Source: Camelus ferus
Lineage: Eukaryota
Length of the DNA stretch: 62,000 nucleotides
Assembly (NCBI RefSeq): GCF_009834535.1
Contig: NC_045697.1
Coordinates: 62,001 to 124,000 of the forward strand
Direction of reading: 5' to 3'
Shown here: one piece after another, positions 50,382 through 60,810 of the stretch
Layout of the letters: every line of letters begins with the position of its first letter
How positions within the stretch are numbered: the first letter of the stretch is position 1
Notes under the pieces: model-generated
Databases searched by the model: none
Told to the model about the DNA's origin: nothing
Seen by the model: only the letters and a program-made list of their open reading frames with translations
Program-made: the position numbers and the translations under genes

Positions 50382-51518
50382 TCAGCTGGCCCGGCTCGGC
50401 TCCCAGGGGCGCGCCGCCTCGCAGGGCGGCCGGCAGCAGTAGGGGTAGGAGGCGTTGAGGTCGGGGTCCGAGGGCGCGTACCCTGGCAGCTCCACAGACG
50501 GGTGCCCTCCGCAGCACACCTCCACGCCCGCCTCGTCAAACGCGTGGAAGACGCCCACGTTGATATAGGAGACCGCGTGGTGCGCTGCGAAACCCGCGCA
50601 GTCTCCTGGGGCGGCGAAGTCCGACTCCTCCGGGGACAGAATGGAAGCCTCGCTCGGCCGCGGCTGCAGTCGGCGCCCCCGTCGGCCCCGCCGGCCCCGC
50701 CGCGCACGGGAGGCCGGCGGCTGCGTGCGAACCCCCGGGCCGCCGCGGGGCCGCGCCAGGGCCCGGCCTCCCCTTCGCCGGCCGCGCCGGCCTCGCCGGG
50801 CCTGCGAAGACTTGTAGTTCTTGACCAGCAGGAGGCTGAGCAGGCCCAGGAGGCACTCGAGCGAGTTGAAGACGGTGGAAAGCACCAGGCCACGCTGGTA
50901 GTCCTTGAGCTGGCGGCACTTGGCGGACGTGGCGCTGTCCAGGGTGCTGCGGACGCGCGACGCGCCGGGGGCCGGGCCGGGGACGGCGGCCGGGGTGCCC
51001 GAGGCCGGGCCGGTGGCGGCGGCCGGCGCGCGGGGGGGCAGGCAGTAGTGGGAGTACTTGCGTTCCACTAGGGACACGGTGTCGCCGTCGATCACGGCGC
51101 CCGCGAAGGCGCTGAGGACCCCGAGCATGAAGACGAGAACGCCGAGGAGGAGCAGGTTCTGGCTGTTCACCGGCCCCGAAGGCCCGGGTGCGCTACCCGG
51201 CTCGCCCGGCGCGGCCTCTGGAGCCCCTGCTGGGGCCGCGGGAACCCCGAGCCCCGGGCCCGGCCCCGGCCCCGGCCCCGCGAGAGGCGCGTCCCGGGGC
51301 CCGCAGCAGAGCAGGGCGGCGCCAAGCAGCGAGAGGCCAGCGGCCAGCAGCAGCCCGGAGTAGAAGGCGCCGGCGGCCGCCCCCAGCCGGAACGGCTCCC
51401 CGCGCAGCTCCGAGCCCAGCGAGAAGCACTTGAGGCCGACGGCGGCGGCACTGAGCGCGCAGGCGAGCAGGAGGCAGGAGGAGAGCGCGGCGCAGGCCCC
51501 GCGGACGCTCCACTTCAT
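50382..51518 (-). CDS. TMEM271: TMEM271, single-exon membrane protein with four hydrophobic segments, 378 aa
   Basis: First in-frame ATG of ORF 50382..52040 is at 51518 (A at -3); MKWSVRGACAALSSCLLLACALSAAAVGLKCFSLGSEL... matches recalled TMEM271; Arg-rich tail; PIGG-TMEM271 adjacency agrees with human 4p16.3 gene order. Confidence 0.93.
   Translation of the reverse strand: MKWSVRGACAALSSCLLLACALSAAAVGLKCFSLGSELRGEPFRLGAAAGAFYSGLLLAAGLSLLGAALLCCGPRDAPLAGPGPGPGPGLGVPAAPAGAPEAAPGEPGSAPGPSGPVNSQNLLLLGVLVFMLGVLSAFAGAVIDGDTVSLVERKYSHYCLPPRAPAAATGPASGTPAAVPGPAPGASRVRSTLDSATSAKCRQLKDYQRGLVLSTVFNSLECLLGLLSLLLVKNYKSSQARRGRRGRRRGGRALARPRGGPGVRTQPPASRARRGRRGRRGRRLQPRPSEASILSPEESDFAAPGDCAGFAAHHAVSYINVGVFHAFDEAGVEVCCGGHPSVELPGYAPSDPDLNASYPYCCRPPCEAARPWEPSRAS
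50931..50951 (-). promoter_or_regulatory. RE1/NRSE (REST-binding) element inside the TMEM271 CDS
   Basis: Minus strand reads CGCAGCACCCTGGACAGCGCC against consensus TTCAGCACCNNGGACAGCGCC: both half-sites intact with the canonical 2-nt spacer. Confidence 0.75.
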
Positions 51519-51631
51519 CCTCCGCGCCCGAGCCGGCCCGCACCCCGCGCGCCCGCCGCCGCCCGCCGCCGCCCCCGCCGCCTGCGCCTCCTCCCGGCGC
51601 CGCGCGGCCGGACCGCCGGCCTCCTCCTCAT
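51515..51631 (-). other. TMEM271 upstream ORF2 (MRRRPAVRPRGAGRRRRRRGRRRAAAGARGAGRLGRGG, 38 aa)
   Basis: ATG at 51631-51629, 39 codons with no internal stop; TGA at 51517-51515 overlaps the main ATG (ATGA). Confidence 0.6.
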
Positions 51632-51684
51632 CCTCCCGCGTTCTCCCGGGCCCGCGCCGCCGCCGCCGCCACCGGAGCCTGCAT
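51628..51684 (-). other. TMEM271 upstream ORF1 (MQAPVAAAAARARENAGG, 18 aa)
   Basis: ATG at 51684-51682, TGA at 51630-51628; the stop overlaps the ATG of uORF2. Assumes the TSS lies upstream of 51684. Confidence 0.55.
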
Positions 51685-54207
51685 CCTCCGCCTCCCGCCG
51701 CCGCCGCCGCAGCCCCGCGCAGGGAACCGATGCGGCGCGGAGGACCGCAGGGCGCGAGCGCCCCCTCCCCAGCCCGCGGCGCCCCTCCCAGGACGCTCAG
51801 CTTCCCCCACCCCGCCCGCGGCCCTACGCGCCCGGCCCAGGCGCCGCCCTCCTCCGCCCCACCAACCCCCGCAGCCCCTAGGACACCCCTCTGCCGCCTC
51901 CCGGAGGAAAGGTCCCCCCTCGCCGTGTCTCTCCGCCTTCCTCCCCCTGTCAGCGCCCCCAGCAGCTCTGGGAGCGCCACCCTCCACCCCTGGGCTCTCT
52001 CCCCTGATCTCCCCCAGGCCCCACCCCCAGGACCTCCCACCTCTTGTTCCCCTGCGTTCGCGCTCCCCAGGTCACAGGGCTGGGGTCTCGCTCCTTGCCC
52101 ACCCGCCTGCCAGAGGTCAGGAAGCTTGAAGAAGTTAGCTTGGGGTGCAGGAAGTGGAAGAAGAAGGGAGCCCGGGTGCTGAGGGAGCTATGGGGGAGAG
52201 CCTGAGCGCGGGACAAGGGGAAGGGGCGAGTCTGGGGGAGAGGGGAAGAAGGAAGGGGGAAGGGAAAGCCCGCGTGGGGAGGAGGTTTGAATGCGGGGGT
52301 AGGGGGAAGGGAACAGGGGAGCCCGGGGGAGGAGGGGGCCCGGGTGCTCGGGGGATGAGGGCCGGAGTCTGGATGCGGGGTCGAGGGGAGGGTTTGGAGG
52401 AGGAGCTCGGGTGCTGGGACCCTCCTGTGCAGCCTGGGAGGTCGGCTTGGCTCGTGTGAGCGGGGAGGGAGGTGGGGGGAGGTGGGAGAGGTACTGCCAA
52501 ACTGGAGGTGAAACCTCAGGCAGGACCTTGGATGAGTCTCGTTGGGCTTTAGTCTAAAGAGCCCTTGTCGGGGATCATGCAGGAATGTACCCCCCGACGC
52601 GGGTGCGAGGGAGTTAATTCATCAGGCGATTCACGGCTAGCGAGCAACGCGGGGGAGGGGGCTATGGGGGTTGAATCCCCTCGTTCCGATCTAGGTGGAC
52701 TGCGAGGTACTCTTGGTGGGCGAGAGGAAGGCGTGAGGGTGGGTGGGGCGTGGGAGATGGCTTTCTCCCTGGCCTCTCTGGGCGCCCCCATCGTCCTCTT
52801 GAAAGGAGACCTGGGAGGGATGCCTCTGGAAAGCCCTCTGAGGTCCCACCGGGCCGAGCGGCTGGGCCTGCGCCGGTGGTTCTTTGCACACCGTCCCTGC
52901 CGCTGCAGGAACGAGGCCGGGGAGCCGATGACTCACCCTGCCGGCTAATTGCAGCGTTAAATAACTTTGCGCTGGATCCTGGGGAGGCAGGCGCGGAAGC
53001 AGCTAGGGAAAGCGCTGGGGGAGGAGGGGATGGGAAGGTGAAGGGGTGCTTTGAGAACACGCCCCCTTTCCTGCCACCCGCTTGGCCAGTCCTGGCTTGT
53101 GGAGACACCCCCAGAGCTCACAGCGTCCGGTGGTGCCCGGTGAGCAGGGGTACGAGCCTCCAAAGGTCCCTCGCGTCTGGAGAAAGCTGCGCCCACATTC
53201 GCCAGGCAGCCCGCGCGCAGGGGCCCCTCGCCCACGTTTCACGGAAACCATCTGCCCAGGGAATGTATGTGAAGTCCCTTCATGCGGCTCTCTGGACATT
53301 TGCGTGGGACTGTCTTGAACGGCAATCGCTGCGACAAGGAGCAGGTTTGCTGTATTTTTAGCAGGGAGTGCAGATTTTAGAACATCAGCTGAACCTCCTC
53401 GTTCCGTGCTTCTCCTCATGCACGACGACTTGCCAGAAAAGTCGGAATAGTGAGCCTTCTTCCACATTTATGGTGTATGGATTTTAAAAGGACAGTGTGT
53501 AAGTCAGCTTGTATAATACTCGTGGCACCCACGCGCGAGCTTAGTTGCCATGAGCTGACTTCCAGTGATTATTTCGGTTTCCAGGGAGACGAGGTTTGCA
53601 GCCACCTCCGCGAGGATGCAGCAACTCCTCCATTCCCAAAGCCAGGCCCTCCGCAGCCAGATTGATCAGGCTTTGCAGGAGGAAGTGAGCTGACGTTGGC
53701 AGGTCCTGCGCTTGGCCTCTGAGGCGGCCTGGGCAGACCTGGGGCAGGGCCGTGCTGGGAGGGGCTCTGAAGCCGCTTCACTAATCAAAGGATCTGTACT
53801 GGACAGGTCAGTGGTTTAGTATTGATCCGGAGTCTGGCCTCTTCTCTCCTCCAGAGCCCCCCCCCCCCCCAGCCCCTCACTAGACACTTCCGCCCCACCC
53901 CACCACCACCCTGTTCATTAACCGGGCTGTGCCTCTTCCTGACGCAGGGCCTCGGCGTATGCTGTTCCCTTTTCTGCTGTATGTTCCCTTTGCCACCCAG
54001 CTTCGGCCTGCTCATTTCTTAGATCTTAGCTTCACCTCACCTAACAGTACCTAACTTTACTGGGTGCCTGCTGTCCGGTGTACGCTATCATGAGTGCTTT
54101 CATGGGCTGTCTTATTCAGTCCTGGCAACAAAAACTGTGCACGTGAACCTGTGGTCCTCACAGAGGCTTTCCAGCAATAATCGTGTGACCTGGGAGACAG
54201 GACTCAA

Positions 54208-54492
54208 ACCCCACCTCTGTGACCCACCTCCCTGCCCCATCCACCTGCAGCCACTCACCTGCCCACCTCCCTGCACCCCACCTCTCTGTGCCCCCAACTC
54301 CCTGCCCCCACCTCCTTGCACCCCATCACCTCCCTGCTCCCTGACCTCCTTGTACTCCAGACTTCCTGCCCCCACCTCCCTGCACCCCCACCTCCTTAAC
54401 CCCCCATTAACGCTGCCCCTCAACACCTTCCTGCTCCCTGTCCCCTGCCCCCATCTTCCTACAACCCCCACCTCCCTGCCTCTCAGCCCCTG
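54208..54492 (+). repeat. C-rich low-complexity degenerate tandem repeat (unit about ccccacctccctgc)
   Basis: Recurrent CCCCACCTCC(C/T)TGC units. Confidence 0.8.
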
Positions 54493-57400
54493 ACAGAGTG
54501 TCCCCCACAACAGGCAGATCTCCCAGTGTTTAAATGTCTGTCTTCCCCACCTGGTTGGGAGCTCAGTGCAGGCCACTCATGTCCAGCTTTACCTTCCAAC
54601 TCCTCCCCATCAGGACTCAGCTCCACCCCAGCCACATGGAAGGAATGAGTGAGCGGATGAATGAATGGGTGGACACCAGCCAACCTGGGGTTGCTCTGTC
54701 CTAGGACAGAATCTAATGTCAGTTTGGTTTTGCTCACAAGGAGAACAGGGCCAGGTGACGCAGGCCAGACTAGCAGGCAGGAGAGGACCCATCTCCCTGT
54801 TGTGGTAAGGGAGTGCACTCTGGGAGGGAGCCCCAAGGAGAGCGTGTGGGACTCCATGGGCAGAGAGTGACCAGCAGATGTCCTGTCACGAAGGGTCTTG
54901 AGCTGTGCAAGTTGGGACTTCATCCTGATGATGGAGAGAGGATGCTGTAGTGTGAGTTTTAGAAGCACTAGCTCATGAAGACTGGGGCTGGGGAGGTGAA
55001 GGCACGTTGAGGGATCAGGTGCAGGTGGAGGGGTCCTGCCACCATCACGATGATCATTGTACTTAGATCTATGGTTTGCTCCCCTCTGCATCCACTGCCT
55101 GACACTCAGCAGATAGTCAGCTGTCTTCCTGAGTGTGTGTCTGTCTCCCCTCTGTGTCTGCAGGAGGGAGGGGCAACAGTCTGGGGACTCTGTCATGCAA
55201 AGCTCACGGGGACCCTGTAACTACCCCACTCTCACAGTGAGCCCCTCTGCACCTAAGCTGGTTTCTGGCACCTATAATCAGGGGTGTAAATTGAAACAAA
55301 CCATGCACATTTTGAAAGCTAATTTTGTTGCTTTTTGACAGAATCCTCTGTCCCAACCCCTACCAGGCTCACCTGTGAAGCCCACCCCCGTCTCACAGGC
55401 CACCTGGCAGCATCCTCCTGCCTTTACTCAGCGGCCGAGGGGCTCCGGGTACAGCTGCAGTCCACAGAGCGACTTGGGGTCTCAGAGTTCAGGCGGGGAG
55501 CCCAGTCCGGAAAGAAGCACGGCCCTTGTGAAAAGTGACTGGATGGTGGTGGGGGTGGTGGGAAGGGGCAGTTTTTAAAGTCCCAGAGCTACCACATGCC
55601 AAGCAACCTCGCAGAGGCGCTTGTAGTGCTTCCATGCAGGACACATCACTGTCACATTCTGAAGACAGGGAACCAGAAAGAGACCAAAGAGAATGTGTTT
55701 TTAAACCAACGTGTTTTTTCTGATTGTAGCAGTAATCACGAATCAAGTGAAGAATATTTTCCTTGTTACCTTTAAACCTCATTTTAATGTTGACATATTT
55801 ATTAGCATTTAAAATCCAATCTCCTACAGTGTTGACATCCATTAATTTGGCTGATTCTAATTATTTTTTCTAATTTATCATTTAACTTTCCAGTATTTCT
55901 ATCCCTTATATTTTTAACTGGATAAATGCTCACATTTTTCTTTCATTATTAATTCTCAGTCCCGTTTCCCCAGGAATGATCAGTATTTATCTTCGTCTAT
56001 AGATGCGTGCGTGCATCTCTGTGCCAGTTACGCACAGGTGATGGTTAATCTAAAGAGCTCAGTCTCACAAAACCAAAGCTAGTGAGCTCTTGGAGACAGA
56101 GAATGTACTTTGATCACTACTTTACAAGCTTTTGTCTTGTGAAATATAATAGATCCACAGAATCCATAAAATTGCGTGTAACAACTTAACTTATAAACGA
56201 GCATCTGTGTCTTAATCGAGACCCAGAACACTGCAGACTTGAGGATGCAAGAGCCACGCCCCCAAAAGCTGCTGCTGACTTCGTTGAAAACCACTTCCTT
56301 GTGTTTATTTACACGTTTATCCCCTAAGCGTGCACCCCTAAACATTTGAGTTTGGTTTGCCTGGTCTTTGCATTTTATATAAGTAGAATACACAGCGCGT
56401 GACTCTTACATGTGTGGCTTCTTTCAGCGAGCCTGAAGCGTGCTCCTGTTGGTCTGTAGCCCATTCACTGTCGTTGCCGGCGCTGAGCGGCGGTGTGACT
56501 GTTTGTTTACCACGCTGCTGGTGATCAACACTTGACGCTTCTAGCTGGGGATTTTATCAGTAAAGCTGTTGAGAGCCTTCTCTTGCGTGTGCACTGCTGC
56601 ACTTGGGCCTGTGCGTTTTTGGATTGTGAGTAATACCAACATTTTGTACTCTTTTTTTATGAGATACAGTTTATGTGCAACAATAATCACTAATTTTGAG
56701 GGTTCGATTCAATGAGTTTGGACAACTGTACACAGTGGTGTGAGTCACCACCACAGTCATGATACACAACTGGTCCCAACCCTCCCAGGTCCCCTGCAGA
56801 AGCTCTTGTCTGCTTTCTGTTACTATAGTTTTAGTATAAAGTTTTATATCCCTAGAATCATAAAAGATGTAGTCCTTCATGTCTGGCTTCTTTCACTTGA
56901 CCATACTTTGTTGTTATTCATTTGTTTTTAGTGCTGAGTAGAATTCCACCAAAATTCACTCATCCAGTCACAAAATGATGGACATTAGTTTTTACGAGTG
57001 AAGCTGCTAGTGAACATTTATGTGCAAGTCTTTTGTGAACGTGTTTCAGTTTCTCTTAGGAGTGGAATTGCTAGGTTGTGTCATAAGTTTATTTTAACTT
57101 TGTAAGAAATTGACAAATTGTCTTCCAGAGTGACCGCACCCTTCTACACTCTGCTCAGCCCTGTGCCCCACCAGACCTTGGTATTGTCAGCAGTCTTCTT
57201 AGTAGTGCTTGCCATTCTGGTGGGTGCAGTGGTTTTAATTTGCATTACCCTGATGACTAATGATGTTGAGTCTTTCATATGTATTCTTAGGTGAAATACC
57301 TGAGAAGTTAGTAGTTATTGGCCTTTCAGATATCTTATTTAGTAAAACAGATTTCCAAATCATTTGCCAAGTTTTAAACACTGGGTTGTCTTCGTGTAAT

Positions 57401-57562
57401 GGAGCTGTGAGAGTGTTGTGTGTATTCTACATGCAAGTTCTGTATCGGACAAACACCTTGCACATGTTTTCTCCCAGCCTTTGACTTGCCTTTTCATCGT
57501 CTTAACAGTATCTTTTAAAAAGCAAAACTTTTCAGTTTTGATGGAGTCTGATTTATTACTTT

Positions 57563-57745
57563 AAAAAAATTTTTCTTTGTTTGTTTATTTTGTTCTTTTT
57601 TTGGAGAGGGAGGTAATTAGGTTTATTTATTTATTTACTTACCTACAAAAAAATTTTTTATTCCCTTAACAAAGACACTGGGGATTGAACCCAGGACCAC
57701 GTGTGTGCTAAGCAAGTGCTCTACCACTCAGCCATACCCCCACCT
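57563..57745 (-). mobile_element. Camelid vic-1-type SINE with TSD
   Basis: ctggggattgaacccaggacc..tgctaagcaagtgctctaccactcagc; 14-bp TSD TGATTTATTACTTT at 57549-57562 and 57746-57759. Confidence 0.9.
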
Positions 57746-58551
57746 TGATTTATTACTTTTTCTTTCACGGTTTTTGTGCTTTATATCAGAAATATTTGCC
57801 TAAACCAAGGTCACAATATTTTTTCTATTTCTTTCAACAGTTTTACAGTTTTAGCTCTGAAGCACGTATCTGTGGCCCACTTTGAATTAGATTTTGTGTC
57901 TGGTGTTGGTAATGGTTGAGGTTTTTGTTTTTGCAGGTGATGTCCACCTGTTCCAGCACCGTTTGCTGAAAGTACTTACCTTTCCCAAGAAACTGCCTTC
58001 GCACTTTTATTGAAAATCAATGTCTGTAAGAACATGTAACTATTTCTACACTCCCGCTTCCATCCTGTTGATCTGTATGTCCACCCTTCTGCCAATACTA
58101 CACTGACTTAATGGTTGTAGCTCTGTAATAAAACCTGATAACTGGTAATGTAAGTTGTCCTTTTTCAGAATTGTTTTTACTATTCTAGAGCCTCGGCATT
58201 CCCATATAAATTTTAGAATCAGTTTGGCAATTTCTACCCAAAAACGTCTATCAAGATTTTGATTAGGATTATGTTGAAGCTATAGATTAACCTGGGCGTA
58301 ACTGATATGTTAGCAATGTTGACTCTTCTGATCCATGAACATGATTTAACTCTACATTTATTTAGGGCATGTTTTCTTTATTAATTTCTCTCAATATTTT
58401 ATAGTTTTTAGTGTACAGGCCTTGCACACATTTTATTAGACTTGCCTTTAAGAATTTCATATATTTATTCCTTTTGTAAATATTACTTTAAATAATAATT
58501 TATTGTCCAATTGTTTGTTTCTAGTGTATGGAAGTACATTTGATTTAAAAT

Positions 58552-58593
58552 TGTTTTTCTTTTTTAATTCTTTTTTCGGAAGGGAGGTGATTT

Positions 58594-58629
<36 letters not shown>

Positions 58630-58720
58630 TATGTATATGGTGGTACTGGGGAAACTAAACCCAGGGCCTCGCGCATGCTAAGCACACACTCTACCACTGA
58701 GCTCTACCCACCCCCAACCC
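58552..58720 (-). mobile_element. Camelid vic-1-type SINE with internal (TA)n
   Basis: ggtactgggg...aacccagggcctcgcgcatgctaagcacacactctaccactgagct; (TA)n at about 58594-58619. Confidence 0.85.
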
Positions 58721-59260
58721 CAGAAATACGTTTGACTTTTAAGCTGCCTTTTCATCCTGCAACCTTGCTAAATTACTTATTGGTTCTAGCAATCTATTTT
58801 TGTAGATTCTTTAACATTTTCTATAAAGACAGTCATATCACAGGTAAGTGGAAGTAGTTTTGCTGCTTCCTTTCCTACCTGCATGCCTTTCATTTCATTT
58901 TCTTGCTTTATTCCATTGGCTAGTCCCACATGCATAGTAGTTAATAGAAGTAGTGAGAGTAAAAAAAGTCTTGCCTTGTTCCTGATTTCGGTGGGAAATC
59001 ATTTGGTTTTTCATCTTAAAGTATGATGTAAATTGTAGCTTTTTTGGAGAAAACATCCATCAAGTTGAAATCTATGTCTAGTTTTCTGAAAGTTTTTATC
59101 TTGAACAGGTGATGAGTTTTGTCAATCTATTGTTGTTGTTGCTGTTGTAATTGTTGAGATTATTGTATGGTTTTTCATTTTCAGTCTGTTAGTATGGTGA
59201 ATTACATTCATTGAGTTTCAGTATTAAACCAACCTTGCATTCCTGAGATAAATCCCTCTT

Positions 59261-59711
59261 TGGAGGAGAAGTACAAATACTTCTGTCTACTACACCTTGG
59301 TGTTGGAGTCACCAAGGAAAAACACAGTACAGTTAAGCACTGGATGGAACAAGCTTTACTCACACAGAGAAGCAACAGAGCAAGAGAACAGCTTCACTAG
59401 TGAGTGTTGGTCTCCCATGACTAGTGGGTCCCTCACAGCAGCTGATACATGGCCATTAGCCTGCATGCACCCCTCTTGTGCTGCAGCAGAAGGACCCCAT
59501 CTCCTCCCCTCATGCAACAGATATAGGCAGAACAAAGGAACACACGTAGAGTCTGAAACAGGAAAAAATATGCCCACACAGATGACAAGCCCAGCACAGG
59601 CTGTGAGGACTCTTTACCTCTTGGTGAGGAAATGCTCTAGGTCCAAAGTGCATTTTTATGTGGCCAAGTGGGGGGTAAAAGACTGCATGCACAAGTCTGC
59701 CTTTCCCATCA
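59261..59711. mobile_element. LTR-like insertion in L1
   Basis: About 450-bp block with TG...CA ends that splits the L1 phrase aaatccc.ctt | gtcatga. Confidence 0.6.
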
Positions 59712-60681
59712 GTCATGACATGCTGTCCTTTTTATACAGGGGTGGATGTGACTTGCCATTGTTTTGTTGAGGATTTTTATGTGCATATTCATGAGGAATA
59801 TTATTTTCAGTTTTCTTTTGTAATGTTTTTGTCTTGTCTTGGTGTCAGCATAATGCTGCATTCATCAAATGAGTTGATAAGTACTCACTTATTGTCTCTT
59901 TTCAGAAGAGTCTGTAGAATTGGTATTATTTCCTCCTAAAGTGCTTGGTAGAATTCATTTCTGAAGCCATCTGGGGTTAAAGTGATTTTAACCATAAATT
60001 CAATTTTTAAAAACAGTTATAGGGCTATTTAGGTTATAGTATTTTTTCTTAAAGAAGTGTTAGTAGTTTGTGTCTTTTGAAGAATTTGTCTATTACATTT
60101 AAGTTTTTAGATTTGTTGGCATAAAGTTGTCCACAATATCCCCTTATAAATTGTGGTTTTTATTATATGTAAAATATATCTCAATAAAGCTGAGAGAATA
60201 AAATGTTTGAAAAAAAAATTTTTATTATTTTGTATTTGAAGGATCTGTAGTGAAATTTCCTCTTTCATTCCTGATATTGATAATTCATGTGTTTTTTCTT
60301 CATCAGTTTGGCTAAAGGTTTATTAATTTTTGACCAGTTCCAAAAAACTGGATTTTGGTTTCATTACTTTCTTAATTTTTTGTTTCCTATTTCATTGATT
60401 TCTGCTCTTCTATTATTCTCCTTTTTTCTGCTTGCTTTGGCTTTAGTTTGCCCTTCTTTTTCTGGTTCTGATTTGAGACCTTCCTTCTTATATAATGCTA
60501 TAAATTTCCCTTTAAACATTGCTTGGTGGCTTATAGTAACAATGAGTAAATTGAATCTCTTAGTTTGAACATAAATTCATAAAAGAACATGAACTTTTTC
60601 TTTATATGCCCCCGTAACTTTTTAAGGTGGTTTCTGATGGAAGGTACTGGAAGGGAGTATTCAAACTCGAAGACAGGAGCT

Positions 60682-60810
60682 GGGATGGATGGATGGTGGA
60701 TGGTGAATTGGATGGTGGATGGATAGATGGTGGATGGATGGTGGAAGGTGAATGAATTGTGGATGGATGGATGGATGGATGGATGGTGAGTGGTGGATGG
60801 ATGGATGGAT
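60682..60810 (+). repeat. Degenerate (GGAT)n tetranucleotide repeat
   Basis: Directly visible. Confidence 0.93.

Larger units (their letters stand above)
49980..53340. promoter_or_regulatory. Large CpG island covering the TMEM271 body, leader and promoter
   Basis: Very high GC and CpG content; (GCC)n runs at about 51656-51670 and 51696-51710; G-tract-rich segment at about 52180-52490. Confidence 0.85.
56100..60520 (-). mobile_element. Long, old L1M-derived block interrupted by two SINEs and an LTR
   Basis: Continuous antisense L1 3' UTR and ORF2 text (ggttttaatttgcatt..ctgatgactaatgatgttgag; ttccagcaccgtttgctgaaa; aaccaaccttgcattcctgagataaatcc). Confidence 0.85.

Noticed and set aside
51519..52040. 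174-codon in-frame N-terminal extension of TMEM271 (552-aa ORF)
   Set aside because: It starts at GTG with no in-frame ATG, and stop codons are rare in very GC-rich DNA. The recognisable protein starts at MKWSVRG.
49892..52182. Long overlapping and antisense ORFs over TMEM271 (333, 281 and 250 aa)
   Set aside because: Low-complexity Arg/Pro/Ala/Gly shadows of a GC-rich CDS and CpG island, with no domain signal.
59297..59770. 157-aa ORF within the L1 block
   Set aside because: TTG start, lies mostly inside an LTR-like insertion, and shows no recognisable protein features.
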